Position numbers and translations under genes: made by a program. Below are positions 45,122 through 54,494 of a DNA stretch of 56,808 bases, one piece after another (position 1 is the first letter of the stretch; every line of letters begins with the position of its first letter). Below the pieces are notes generated by a model. That model saw only the letters and a program-made list of their open reading frames with translations, was not told the origin of the DNA and made no database searches. The DNA is from a virus (lineage: Duplodnaviria; Caudoviricetes): positions 1-56,808 of the IMG/VR virus record IMGVR_UViG_3300039916_000013, one strand, 5' to 3'.

Positions 45122-45864
45122 GCCACTTCCCTTTCCCGCATCGCGACCTTGCAGCTATGGCAAAGGGTAGTCCCATGACCGGCGCAGGTTTCACCGGGGT
45201 TCCGGCAGTCTGGTCGGAGGGAGAAGGTGGCAGGAGCCTTGAACGATGCTCCTGCCTGATGTGTTGCGGCGTACTGGGGTTGAGCTACTTGATCATCTGG
45301 GCACTCTCCTGTGTTGGCGTCGGGGGTATCGACGCTGGGGGAATGGGGGGCGGACGACGACGGCTCAACGTCAGCGACGTTCGCCAGTCCCGCCTTGCGG
45401 TTCACTGCAGCGATTGCGTCGTCGTCCGATGGGGAATTGACGGGGAGGTCGGACGCATTACCTGCCGCCTCCCCTTCGTCCGCTTCTTCGCGGTCGATCA
45501 TGATGTCCACGGCAGCGATCAGCGCGGCGCGACCGGCTTCGGTCTGCATTCCATCGACGACCTGCTTGGCAAGGCGGGGATTGATGCGCTCGGGCTCAGG
45601 TTCACGTTCTCCGAAATCAGAGATCATGCCGAGCGCCATTTTATAGGTATCGAGGATGGCTTCCTCTTCCATGCGCTCCTGATCGTCTTTCTTGCGGAGC
45701 TTGATGATCTCGTTGATGGCTTTGACCGAGAAGCCCATTGCCTTGGCTTCCGATTTCACATCGCGAATATCATCCGCAATGGTTTTGGCCTCTTCGGAAA
45801 GTCTTTCGATCCGCTCAATGAAGGCGCGGAGCTGGTCGCGGGCTACGCCGTGTGCGTCGGTCAT
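45118..45864 (-). CDS. GapR/DUF2312-family DNA-binding protein with long C-terminal extension
   Basis: [15 protein letters not shown]...I.DDI.DV..EAK..GF..K....IIKLRK....ER.EEEAILD.Y..ALGM. Confidence 0.9.
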   Translation of the reverse strand: MTDAHGVARDQLRAFIERIERLSEEAKTIADDIRDVKSEAKAMGFSVKAINEIIKLRKKDDQERMEEEAILDTYKMALGMISDFGEREPEPERINPRLAKQVVDGMQTEAGRAALIAAVDIMIDREEADEGEAAGNASDLPVNSPSDDDAIAAVNRKAGLANVADVEPSSSAPHSPSVDTPDANTGECPDDQVAQPQYAATHQAGASFKAPATFSLRPDCRNPGETCAGHGTTLCHSCKVAMREREVA

Positions 45865-46100
45865 GCTGATATCGCCTTCCTGGAAGATGTGTGCCGGGTA
45901 GCAAGCCACTGCCAATCGACGCCCGCGATGCTCTTGCGGGCGGCCGCTGCGATCACACCATTCCAATGCCGAGGCGAAATGCTGTCTCGCAGCCTCATCT
46001 GGCGGGCGGCTTCGTATCCGCAGCCGACGTCATTGGCGAAATCACCAATGGTGTCCCAGAGGGCAATGAGGCTCGAAATGGAAGTGGGTGTCTTGCTCAT
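45861..46100 (-). CDS. cro: Cro-like repressor
   Basis: Small HTH ([21 protein letters not shown]) divergent from cI. Confidence 0.8.
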   Translation of the reverse strand: MSKTPTSISSLIALWDTIGDFANDVGCGYEAARQMRLRDSISPRHWNGVIAAAARKSIAGVDWQWLATRHTSSRKAISA

Positions 46101-46107
46101 GGTCCGT

Positions 46108-46161
46108 ATCGTACAAAAAGTACTGCGACCGCGCAAGATGAAATCGTACACATTGCACGAT
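46108..46161. promoter_or_regulatory. Repressor operators between cro and cI
   Basis: ATCGTAC-aaaaa-GTACTGC (46108-46126) and ATCGTAC-acatt-GCACGAT (46143-46161); extra half-site at 46178-46182. Confidence 0.85.
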
Positions 46162-46183
46162 AAATTTGAGCGATAATGTACGA

Positions 46184-46915
46184 ATGGAATTGCCAAAGGA
46201 CAGATTGAAGCAAGTGCGCGCCGCGGCAGGGTATGAGAGCCCGACCGATGCGGCGAACGCGTTCCCGCGTGACATCAACAAGAATACGCTCATCAGCCAC
46301 GAGAACGGCAATCGTCCGATCTCACGCAAGGCCGCCGAGAAATATGGCGAGTTATTCGGCGCTCAGGCGGGGTGGATTCTTTTCGGTGATGGACCGGGAG
46401 AGGATACCAGGGCAGCGTTGAGCGAAGTGACGCTCAGCCGGGTGGGTATGACGGTCGGGCGCGTTGCTGGCGTGGTCGAGGCCGGCACTTTCCGCGAGGT
46501 CGACGAGTTCGATCAGTCGGAGCCGATCGAGATCATGCTACCGCGGGACGAGAAGTTTCCGAACGCTCGGCAGCTGGTGTTCGATTGCGCTGGCGACAGC
46601 ATGAATGATCTGCGCCCTCGCCCGATCTTCCCCGGCGATCGCCTCGTCTGCCTGGCATATGAAGACATCGGGCATGTTGAGTTGCGTTCGGGAATGGTTG
46701 TCATTGTCCAGCGCTCGCGGGACGGTGGGCACTTCAGGGAATGGTCCGTGAAACAGATCGAGGTGTTCCCCGATCGAGCAGAGTTTCACCCGCGATCTAC
46801 AAACCCCAAACACAAACCGATCATAGTCGAGCGTGATGATGAGGCTGACGAAGGCGTCACTGTTGAAGTGATCGCATTAGTACGTCGCGTCATGAATGAT
46901 TTGCCGGGGTTCTGA
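46184..46915 (+). CDS. cI: CI-like repressor (XRE HTH plus S24 autopeptidase)
   Basis: HTH SHENGNR, AG cleavage site (VEAG), catalytic GDSM and SVK. Confidence 0.92.
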   Translation: MELPKDRLKQVRAAAGYESPTDAANAFPRDINKNTLISHENGNRPISRKAAEKYGELFGAQAGWILFGDGPGEDTRAALSEVTLSRVGMTVGRVAGVVEAGTFREVDEFDQSEPIEIMLPRDEKFPNARQLVFDCAGDSMNDLRPRPIFPGDRLVCLAYEDIGHVELRSGMVVIVQRSRDGGHFREWSVKQIEVFPDRAEFHPRSTNPKHKPIIVERDDEADEGVTVEVIALVRRVMNDLPGF

Positions 46916-46917
46916 CG

Positions 46918-47130
46918 ATGACACCTGATCGCTTCAACGAATGCCTTTACGTGAGACGTTGGACGCCTATCAATCTGGCGTCGGCGCTGCAATGCGATCT
47001 GTCTTTGATCAAGGCGCCGGAAATCGGACGCGAGGCTAGTCCGTTAGGCCTCGCGGCTTGGTTGGAGGTGTTGGCGATAGTGCATGGAACTGCGCCACTG
47101 CCTCAGGCGTACCGAGGCAAGCATGTCTAA
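46918..47130 (+). CDS. Small HTH-like protein (possibly degenerate)
   Basis: MTPDRF..CL....W....LA..L.C pattern; 2 nt after cI stop. Confidence 0.55.
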   Translation: MTPDRFNECLYVRRWTPINLASALQCDLSLIKAPEIGREASPLGLAAWLEVLAIVHGTAPLPQAYRGKHV

Positions 47131-47189
47131 TTGGCACTAAACCGGCCACCCTATTATCGTTCAAAATCATGATCTTGAGGAGGATCTTC

Positions 47190-48104
47190 ATGGCTCTACC
47201 GGCCACCCAACGGCAAATGAAATTGGATCTTGGCGTCGAAGTTGAGAGCGACGTCGGTGGGATCGAGATGGGCGTATTGGACAACGGCATGGCGTATCTG
47301 ACGCAGAGAGGTCTGTCCTCTATGGCGGGGGCCGCTCGTTCAACCATCCAAGAGATATCGAAAGAATGGGAGGAGAATTTCGGGACCGGCATGGAGCCGC
47401 CTGGTCGAGTCCGTTGGTTCTCCGATTATTTGCGTGAGTCGGGATATGACTACCCAACGCTGTACATGGAGATTGAACGCAACGGCTCTCCGCATTATGC
47501 TTACTCGGATGCTGTTTGCATGGCATTCATCGAGTACTACGCATTTGAAGCTCAGCGCAAGAACGATGCGGCGATGGCAAACTACCGACGCCTGGCTCGG
47601 TACGGCCTTAACAAGTTCATCTACGATGCACTCGGCTACAAGCCGATCGACAAGTGGAAGTATTTCAATGACCGCGTCTCGCTTCTGAACGACGCCGCAC
47701 CCGAAGGCCACTTCATCGTCTTCAGCGAAACGAACGGCCTGATAGTCGACCTCATCAACGCCGGCCTCCCGATCAGTGATAAGACGATTCCCGATGGGAG
47801 CGTCGGCGGCGTATGGGGAAGGCATTGGACGGACAAAAAGCTTTCGGAGAATTTTGGTGAGCGAAAGCCATATGCCCACTATTACCCCGCCTACTATCCA
47901 CAGGCAAAGAGCAACCCGCAACAAGCTTGGGCGTATCCTGAGGACGCCCTTGTCGAGTTCCGTAGATGGTTTAGAAACTTCTATCTCCCCACGAAATACC
48001 CTGAGTACATTCTCAGGAAAGCGAAGCTTCTGGCGGGAGGGAAGGACCAGGCCAAAGAGATTGCTAGTTTGTATGAGCCGAAAAAGCTTCCCGAAAAAAA
48101 GTGA
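47190..48104 (+). CDS. bstA: BstA-like phage-defence (abortive infection) protein
   Basis: 304 aa; motifs GIEMGVL.NG..YLT.RGL, EYYAF, PD.SVG..W, HYYP.YYPQA.SNPQ, YPE.AL.EFR.W match my recollection of BstA; located downstream of cI. Confidence 0.8.
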   Translation: MALPATQRQMKLDLGVEVESDVGGIEMGVLDNGMAYLTQRGLSSMAGAARSTIQEISKEWEENFGTGMEPPGRVRWFSDYLRESGYDYPTLYMEIERNGSPHYAYSDAVCMAFIEYYAFEAQRKNDAAMANYRRLARYGLNKFIYDALGYKPIDKWKYFNDRVSLLNDAAPEGHFIVFSETNGLIVDLINAGLPISDKTIPDGSVGGVWGRHWTDKKLSENFGERKPYAHYYPAYYPQAKSNPQQAWAYPEDALVEFRRWFRNFYLPTKYPEYILRKAKLLAGGKDQAKEIASLYEPKKLPEKK

Positions 48105-48108
48105 TATT

Positions 48109-48130
48109 GCCCCGCTTCGGCGGGGTTTTT
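48109..48130 (+). terminator. Intrinsic terminator
   Basis: GCCCCGC-TTCG-GCGGGGT followed by T-tract. Confidence 0.9.
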
Positions 48131-48143
48131 CATGTGCGCTAAC

Positions 48144-48452
48144 TCAAGCTGCAAATTTCCGCAAAGCCTTCAAATCAAACTGCTGGCAGGCGTCTGCGAT
48201 GTCCTGCATAAACCATCTCTTCGGCGGATCGCACATAAAGCTCCGCCCATCCGGTCCCGGATAATTCATCACCGGCAACACACAGAACTCATCTTCATCG
48301 CCGACCGGGGCGAATGGGCCAACCGTAAAGTCGTAGCCGGGGAAGCGGCGCGACAGGTAATCCTCGAACCGCTCTTTCGCCGCTGTGACTGCCGCCCGCT
48401 GTGCGTACGGCGGCACGATGATGAAACTCAAGACTTCCCGCTCAATAGCCAT
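48144..48452 (-). CDS. Hypothetical protein
   Basis: Overlaps upstream Zn-ribbon gene; MAIEREVLSF. Confidence 0.7.
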   Translation of the reverse strand: MAIEREVLSFIIVPPYAQRAAVTAAKERFEDYLSRRFPGYDFTVGPFAPVGDEDEFCVLPVMNYPGPDGRSFMCDPPKRWFMQDIADACQQFDLKALRKFAA

Positions 48453-48675
48453 TGGATACACCTTCATCGATCCCGACAAGCCGGCCGATCACGCTTCCGC
48501 ATGGCTGGCACCTGAATGGGATATTTTCCAGATAAACGCTTTCGGTCAGCTCATCCGCATCACGCGGGATTCCCTCACCTACCGGCATGACGATAAACTT
48601 CTGACTGTGCCGTAAGCAGTTCTCGCACCGGATTTGGAGCGTGAACTCTGCTGATACGTGTAGTGCGGCCAACAT
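48442..48675 (-). CDS. Small Zn-ribbon protein, LexA-controlled (antirepressor candidate)
   Basis: CENC...CQPC; LexA box overlaps its AAGGAG RBS. Confidence 0.7.
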   Translation of the reverse strand: MLAALHVSAEFTLQIRCENCLRHSQKFIVMPVGEGIPRDADELTESVYLENIPFRCQPCGSVIGRLVGIDEGVSNGY

Positions 48676-48678
48676 TTC

Positions 48679-48693
48679 GTTCTCCTTCTGTTC
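48679..48693 (-). promoter_or_regulatory. Alpha-type LexA (SOS) box
   Basis: Perfect GTTC-tccttct-GTTC. Confidence 0.8.
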
Positions 48694-48765
48694 TCATGAA
48701 ATCAGAACCGTGACGGAGAGTCGAATCGATTTTTCGGGTTTCGCTAATTTTCAAAGATCCGGAAA

Positions 48766-48810
48766 ATCGTACAAAATGTACTTGCATAGACATCGTACAT
48801 AAAGTACGTT
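48766..48810. promoter_or_regulatory. Repressor operators at the early + strand promoter
   Basis: ATCGTAC-aaaat-GTACTTG (48766-48784) and ATCGTAC-ataaa-GTACGTT (48792-48810). Confidence 0.85.
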
Positions 48811-48866
48811 TATCTCATCGAAGCAACCCAAGAAAAGCGGGTTGGCGCCAATGATGAGACAAAGCC

Positions 48867-49211
48867 ATGCACACCTTAGCAGACATCACAGCCACCGCAC
48901 TGAGAGAGAACCTCAAGACGGTTGACGCGAAGATCTTCCGGGTTCGTGCGCGTACCGCTGAAGGCCTCAACTCACCAAATGCTGCATCGGCTTATGTAGA
49001 GGCTCTCCGGGTCTGCCAAGAGCTTCGCGAGAAGGGCAACGACCTCGGTGAGACCGGGCCGCTTTTTGCCGATCTCGCCCCCACCCCCATCAACGACCAG
49101 CTCGTCGGCATCACCGCTGACCAGCGCAGGGAACGCGAATGGAAGGGCGTCTTCGCTCGCTTCCCGTTCCCGGTCGCCGCCCCTTTCCAGTTCCTCGAAG
49201 CTGCGGAGTAA
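48867..49211 (+). CDS. Hypothetical early protein
   Basis: First ORF after operators. Confidence 0.7.
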   Translation: MHTLADITATALRENLKTVDAKIFRVRARTAEGLNSPNAASAYVEALRVCQELREKGNDLGETGPLFADLAPTPINDQLVGITADQRREREWKGVFARFPFPVAAPFQFLEAAE

Positions 49212-49216
49212 CCGCC

Positions 49217-49444
49217 ATGAACAATCGCATCCATTTCCCGCTGGCGAAGCTCGCCGCAACCGAACTCTTGGAAGGCCTCGTCGCACTCCAGCATGACCAG
49301 AAACACGCGATCATCCATCGCGAGACGATCGAGCAGCAGTTCACCGATCTCGCCCGCGAGCTTGGCTTTGCTGTGTGGCCCGTCATCGATGGACACGCCC
49401 TTGCGTCAACGGTCGCCGCCCTCAAGGAGCAGGCCGATGCATAG
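49217..49444 (+). CDS. Hypothetical early protein
   Basis: GGAG RBS; MNNRIHF. Confidence 0.65.
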   Translation: MNNRIHFPLAKLAATELLEGLVALQHDQKHAIIHRETIEQQFTDLARELGFAVWPVIDGHALASTVAALKEQADA

Positions 49445-49679
49445 CGGAACCGACTTCGACGAAGAGCTGGTCCTCATGGAGGCTGGGATTTTCGCCAAGC
49501 GCGCTGAAGAGATCAACCGCAAGATCATGGCACGGCAGAAGGCAGACGCCTTCCTCGTACCGCTCGCCTTTGCCGGGGCATTCGCCCTCATCGCGTCATC
49601 TTTCATCTTCTCCGCCATTCCGAACAGCAACCGGACGGCGAAGGTCGAACAGGAGTATATTTCCTATGCCAACCGATAA
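49437..49679 (+). CDS. Hypothetical membrane protein
   Basis: AAGGAG RBS; one TM segment. Confidence 0.6.
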   Translation: MHSGTDFDEELVLMEAGIFAKRAEEINRKIMARQKADAFLVPLAFAGAFALIASSFIFSAIPNSNRTAKVEQEYISYANR

Positions 49680-50661
49680 CCCTTGGAAGTGGTGGCAGGA
49701 CGCCCTCGCCGGCAACCTTGGCCCGATCCACGACAGCGACCCCCAACAGGGCTTCTATCGCACTCGCTACAAGGACAAGCCTTGGGAGCCGGTCGCCATC
49801 TGGTTTGAGGATGGCAAGTGGAACGCGATGCGCGGCGATCGCACTACCGACGCCTCCGAGATCTGGACATTCTGCTGCCGGAACCCGATCACCCACGAAG
49901 CCTACACCAAGGCTATCGAAGGCGGCGGATGGGATGACGAGCCTGAGCAGGTTCGAGGCATGGGCGATAATCTGCCCAGCGATCCGTTCGAGGCCTTGAA
50001 GTTGGAATTTGCCGGCGAGCAGGAGCTTGCCGACGCACTGCTCAAGTCCAAGGTCGAAACCCAGGATCAGGCGAACAAGATCGGCGTACTGTCGAAGCGT
50101 ATCGCTGGCATCGCCAAGCGCGCCACCGACCTGCACAAGGTCGAAAAGCAACCGCACCTCGACGCCGGCAGAAACGTCGACAACAAATGGCGCGACCTGA
50201 AGGAGGAGCCTGACACCCTCTCCAAGCGCCTCAAGCGCCACCTCGATGCCTTCCTGCAGGAGGAAGCGCGCAAGGAACGCGATCGCCAGGCAGCAGCTCG
50301 GGCGGAGGCTGATCGCATTCAGCGGGAAGCTGATGCTGCCCGCATTGCCGCCGAACAAGCGTCCGCGAAGAACGACAATAGCGCCGCAGCAGCTGAAGCC
50401 GAGGCGGAACGTCTCGCCCGGCAGGCTGCCGACGCGGAGAAGGAAACGCAGGCTCGGAACGCCAGCGCCGGCCGCACCGGTGCCAAGGTTTCGCTCCGCA
50501 CCTTCGTCTTTGCCGAGATCACAGATTTCGACGCTCTTCTGCTTGCGTTGAAGGACCGGGCGGAGATCCGCGAAGTCGTCGAGACGCTGGCGAACCGCGC
50601 GGCCCGCTCCGGCGTCGAGCTGGCCGGCATGGCGATCAAATCTGAACAGAGGGCTGCCTGA
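49666..50661 (+). CDS. Hypothetical recombination-region protein with coiled coil
   Basis: AGGAG RBS; PQQGFYR...WEPVAIW; HKVEKQPHL. Confidence 0.75.
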   Translation: MPTDNPWKWWQDALAGNLGPIHDSDPQQGFYRTRYKDKPWEPVAIWFEDGKWNAMRGDRTTDASEIWTFCCRNPITHEAYTKAIEGGGWDDEPEQVRGMGDNLPSDPFEALKLEFAGEQELADALLKSKVETQDQANKIGVLSKRIAGIAKRATDLHKVEKQPHLDAGRNVDNKWRDLKEEPDTLSKRLKRHLDAFLQEEARKERDRQAAARAEADRIQREADAARIAAEQASAKNDNSAAAAEAEAERLARQAADAEKETQARNASAGRTGAKVSLRTFVFAEITDFDALLLALKDRAEIREVVETLANRAARSGVELAGMAIKSEQRAA

Positions 50662-51626
50662 TGAACGCTCACGTCCCTGCACTATCCGGCGGCGGCCAGG
50701 TCATGGCCATTGTGCCGCAGACCTTCGAAGAAACGATGCGTGTCTCTCGCGCCGTTGTCGCTTCCGGCCTCGCGCCCTCTGCCCTTGTCGGCAAGCTCGA
50801 AGGTGACGCGGCGGCTGCGGCCGTCGCCGTTGCTATCATGTCCGGCGCCGAGCTCGGCCTCAAGCCTATGGTCAGCCTCCGGAGCTTCACCGTTATCAAC
50901 GGCAAGCCAGCACTCTACGGCGATGGCCTGATCAACGTCGTCCGGATGTCCGGCAAGGTCACCTACCTGCGGACCGGCTGCGAGGAGGTCAACGGCAAGC
51001 TCATCGGCTTCTGCGAAGCGAAGCGGAGTGACACCGGCGAAGACAAGCGCGTCGAGTTCAGCCAGAACGACGCCGTTCGGGCCGGCCTTTGGCAGACTGA
51101 AGCCGTCGTCACGAAGTGGAACAAATGGGACAAGAAGAACGAGCAGAAGCCGAATGACAGCCCATGGTATCGCTTTCCGAAGCGGATGCTTGCATGGCGC
51201 GCGGCCGGCTACTGCCTTCGCGAACTGTTCGGCGACGTCCTTGGCGGTATTCGCGACGAGTTCGAAGCGCGCGAGATTGCCGACGCCGACGAGATGCGGG
51301 ACGTAACCCCGGCATCTGAAAGCCGTCCCACGCCTCCTAAGCCACCGAAGCCGCCAGCACCGCCAGCGCCGCCTACCGCGAAGACGATCGAAGCCGAGCC
51401 AGCCAAGGACGATGCAGGCGAAGATCAGTTCGATCTTGGCGGCTATCTCGAGGAAATCGAAACGGCGCTCGGAAGCGTGGCGGATGAAGCCAGCGTCGAG
51501 GAGATCTGGAACGACTTCGATGCGCCGGCCACGCTGGAAAGCGAAGGTCATGCTGACATGATCGATGCGGCATTCTCTATCAAGACCCGGCGTCTTGCGC
51601 AGCTCCGCCCGATGAACGGCGGCTAA
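50661..51626 (+). CDS. RecT/Red-beta-like ssDNA annealing protein
   Basis: GAELGLKPM...VINGKP.LYGD, W..FP.RML.WRA....LR..F.DVL.G. Confidence 0.8.
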   Translation: MNAHVPALSGGGQVMAIVPQTFEETMRVSRAVVASGLAPSALVGKLEGDAAAAAVAVAIMSGAELGLKPMVSLRSFTVINGKPALYGDGLINVVRMSGKVTYLRTGCEEVNGKLIGFCEAKRSDTGEDKRVEFSQNDAVRAGLWQTEAVVTKWNKWDKKNEQKPNDSPWYRFPKRMLAWRAAGYCLRELFGDVLGGIRDEFEAREIADADEMRDVTPASESRPTPPKPPKPPAPPAPPTAKTIEAEPAKDDAGEDQFDLGGYLEEIETALGSVADEASVEEIWNDFDAPATLESEGHADMIDAAFSIKTRRLAQLRPMNGG

Positions 51627-51627
51627 G

Positions 51628-52047
51628 ATGGGACGCGCTCTCCTTGTCCTCGCAAATGACCGCTTCAAGCGCCGCGCAATCGAATGGATTGAAAAAGCGC
51701 CATGGGAGACCCGCGTCGAGTTTAAGGGGCCAAAGCGAACCCTGCCCCAGAACGACCGCATGTGGGCCATGCTGACTGATCTATCGCTCCAGCTTGCCTG
51801 GCACGGTCAGCGCCTCGCACCGGACGACTGGAAGCTAGTCATGCTCGACGCATTGCGCCGGGAGACGCGGGAACCTCTGCGCATCGTCCCGAACACGGAT
51901 GGAACCGGCTTCGTAAATCTCAGCACGTCGTCATCGGATCTTTCGAAGGAAGAGATGACGGCGCTTATCGAAATCATCTTCGCCTTCGGGGCTTCTCATA
52001 GCCTCGAATGGTCTGAGCCTCAACAAGACAATAGGGGAGCAGCATGA
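51628..52047 (+). CDS. ninB: NinB-family recombination protein
   Basis: KRTLPQNDRMWAML.D.S.Q..WHG..L...DWK...SS.LSKEEM..LIE.I.AFGA. Confidence 0.88.
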   Translation: MGRALLVLANDRFKRRAIEWIEKAPWETRVEFKGPKRTLPQNDRMWAMLTDLSLQLAWHGQRLAPDDWKLVMLDALRRETREPLRIVPNTDGTGFVNLSTSSSDLSKEEMTALIEIIFAFGASHSLEWSEPQQDNRGAA

Positions 52048-52709
52048 CCGACAGACCCATCCTCTTCAGCACTCCGATGGTCAGAGCCCTGCTCGCCGGC
52101 ACCAAGACGCAGACGCGGCGGATCCTGAAGCATCAGCCGCCAGAGCTAAGCAGGTTCGCTGGCTTCTATTCAGTGCCGCTTTCCGGTGCCTTTCAATGTA
52201 AGCTGCAGGGTGAAAAAAACCTCCTAACGCAGCGGGTTCCGTATTCTGTTGGTGACCGCCTATGGGTGCGCGAGACATGGCAGGGCCTATCCTTCGGCGA
52301 CTATCTGCCGACAAAGAGCTGCCAGTGCGAAGTTCGATATGCGGCCACAGACCCCTGCGCCGATCTCGACGCCGAGGCGCGGGGCTATCCGTGGCGCCCG
52401 TCGATTTTCATGCCTCGGTTCGCATCCCGCTTGACGCTCACCGTCACCGACGTGCGGGTAGAGCGGCTGCAGGATATCAGTGGGTCTGACGCCATAGCCG
52501 AAGGTGCTGACATCACCGGCGAGCAAACGATGACCGGGCCAATGGTCAAGGTGGCACCTGGCACGTACCTCTCACCGGTCGCTTGGTATCACCGGCTCTG
52601 GGACAGCATCAACGGCGCTGGCTCATGGGACGCGAACCCATGGGTCGTTGCGTACACCTTCACCGTTCAGAACTCCAACATCGACCAGTTGGCGACGGTG
52701 GCCGCATGA
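52044..52709 (+). CDS. ASCH/PUA-like phage protein
   Basis: PILFS.PMVRALL.G.KTQTRR, GDRLWVRET, WRPSIFMPR, VERLQDIS, NPWV. Confidence 0.8.
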   Translation: MTDRPILFSTPMVRALLAGTKTQTRRILKHQPPELSRFAGFYSVPLSGAFQCKLQGEKNLLTQRVPYSVGDRLWVRETWQGLSFGDYLPTKSCQCEVRYAATDPCADLDAEARGYPWRPSIFMPRFASRLTLTVTDVRVERLQDISGSDAIAEGADITGEQTMTGPMVKVAPGTYLSPVAWYHRLWDSINGAGSWDANPWVVAYTFTVQNSNIDQLATVAA

Positions 52710-53041
52710 AGACCCCCAGCTTCGAATGCAAGCCTGGCTGCCATGGGTGCTGCGGCATCGTGCCGTTCTCGACGAGCGAGAAGAACAAGGTCGCAGCGCT
52801 CCGCCCGCTTGAGCAGTGGGAGCCATTCATGAACAGTTCGTGGGTGCCAGCTTCGGCACTCATGACCATGACCTGCCCGTTCCTCGGGAAGGACGGATGC
52901 TCGATCTATGAGGATCGTCCCATGGTCTGCCGTCTGTTTGGCGCCGTGGATCACCCCAACATGAAATGCCCGATGGGCTGCGGTCCGAAGCGCCTCATGA
53001 CCGATGCGCAGAGCCGCGAGATGATTGCGAGGGCGGCATGA
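52706..53041 (+). CDS. YkgJ-like Cys-cluster protein
   Basis: C..GC.GCC...CPFL....CSIYEDRPMVCRLF. Confidence 0.85.
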   Translation: MKTPSFECKPGCHGCCGIVPFSTSEKNKVAALRPLEQWEPFMNSSWVPASALMTMTCPFLGKDGCSIYEDRPMVCRLFGAVDHPNMKCPMGCGPKRLMTDAQSREMIARAA

Positions 53042-53280
53042 GCATCAAGGTCAAAGCCCACACCCGCGGCGCTCCTGATCCATTCGCACCGGTCATGGAA
53101 GCCAAGCGGAAGCGCTTCGCCTCGAAATGGGGTGTCGAGCTCGTCTCTGCGAATGACGACCGCCTGGCAGCACCTATCCCCGATCCAGTACCGGGGCCGG
53201 CGCCTATGAGCCTTGCCGAAATCGCGGAGCAGCTTGCCGAGCTATCGAAGCTGGCTGCCCAGATCGGGAGGCAGGTATGA
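53038..53280 (+). CDS. Hypothetical protein
   Basis: ATGA-coupled at both ends. Confidence 0.65.
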   Translation: MSIKVKAHTRGAPDPFAPVMEAKRKRFASKWGVELVSANDDRLAAPIPDPVPGPAPMSLAEIAEQLAELSKLAAQIGRQV

Positions 53281-53909
53281 CGAAAGCCCTCAACATCCAG
53301 CCTGGTGCCCGTTTCGGGAGGCTTACGTTAGAGCGCGAGCTTGATCGCCAAAACGGCATGAGGTTTTGGCAAGTAAAGTGCGACTGTGGCGTTAGCTTCC
53401 AAGCCCTTCAGAAGAGCTTTTCATCTGGCGGGAAACGCAGATCATGCGGTTGCCAGTCCCGCCATGAAATCGGGCACGGTTTGTCAAACACCCCAGAATA
53501 CCGGCATTGGGTGAATATGATTTCAAGGGTCGAAGACCCGAATTCCACAGGCTTCCAACACTACGGCGGGAGAGGCGTTTCAGTCTGCGCGAGATGGCGA
53601 GAAAACTTCGCGAACTTCTATGAGGACATGGGCAGACGCCCATCACGATTCCATTCCGTCGATAGGATTGATGTCAACGGAAACTACGGACCCGAAAATT
53701 GCAGGTGGGCGACGAGATCCGAACAGAATCGCAACCAGCGGGGCAATCACTTAGTCGAGGTCGGCGGTCGAACGATGACACTGGCGGAAGCGGTCGAGGT
53801 GGCGCCTGTACCATACAACACGGTTCTGTACCGTTTAAAACGGGGTTGGCCGATCGAGCAAGCCGTATCGCGTGAAGCTCACAAAGGGGTCAAACCCAAT
53901 GCGGCGTAA
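53277..53909 (+). CDS. HNH-type homing endonuclease-like protein
   Basis: CDCG, SCGC, YGGRG..VC.RW, DRIDVNGNY.PENCRWAT..EQ.RN. Confidence 0.85.
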   Translation: MTKALNIQPGARFGRLTLERELDRQNGMRFWQVKCDCGVSFQALQKSFSSGGKRRSCGCQSRHEIGHGLSNTPEYRHWVNMISRVEDPNSTGFQHYGGRGVSVCARWRENFANFYEDMGRRPSRFHSVDRIDVNGNYGPENCRWATRSEQNRNQRGNHLVEVGGRTMTLAEAVEVAPVPYNTVLYRLKRGWPIEQAVSREAHKGVKPNAA

Positions 53910-54288
53910 AGAATTCACGGGAAAGATCAGAGCCGCTGCATTCCTCCGCTGCGGTGGGAAATGTGAAAATTGCAAAGCTCAGCTGAAACTCGGCGAGGGC
54001 GAATACGACCACATTATTCCCTACGCTCTGTCAGAAGACTCGTCGATCGAGAATTGCCAGGTGCTCTGCGTTCCCTGCCATCGTGGCGTTGGCGCGAAAA
54101 CCGCGCAGGACCAGAAGACGATATCAAAAGCGAAGCGAAACAATCAAAAGCACCTCGGCATCACGAGGCCGAAACAGACAATCAAATCGGCGCCGTTCGC
54201 GAAGTCCAAGAAGCCAGACCGAGGCGCCCCGAACAAGGGCATGCCGCCCCTTCCCCGTCCCCAGCTATACCGCGAGGAATCCCCATGA
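53899..54288 (+). CDS. HNH endonuclease
   Basis: CENC...EYDHIIP......S..ENCQVLC..CH. Confidence 0.85.
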   Translation: MRRKEFTGKIRAAAFLRCGGKCENCKAQLKLGEGEYDHIIPYALSEDSSIENCQVLCVPCHRGVGAKTAQDQKTISKAKRNNQKHLGITRPKQTIKSAPFAKSKKPDRGAPNKGMPPLPRPQLYREESP

Positions 54289-54494
54289 CCGAACAGAAGC
54301 GCCAGCCCATCACGCCTCTAACGCTCACCGAAGACCAGCAGAACGCGATCCGGGCCGTCGCCGCTCGCATGGAGGCTTCACCAGAAGCAGTCCTCAAGCG
54401 GGCGATCGGAAGCTACTGCGCGAAGTTCGGCGGGGAACGCGTGGCAATCGAGGATGACACAACGAACGTGACGATATTTGGAGGCCAGCCATGA
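54285..54494 (+). CDS. Small ribbon-helix-helix-like protein
   Basis: LTLTEDQQNAIRAVAARMEASPEAVLKRAI. Confidence 0.6.
   Translation: MTEQKRQPITPLTLTEDQQNAIRAVAARMEASPEAVLKRAIGSYCAKFGGERVAIEDDTTNVTIFGGQP

Noticed and set aside
49603-51770. Long - strand ORFs 49603..50682 and 50682..51770
   Set aside because: Antisense shadows of the recombination genes
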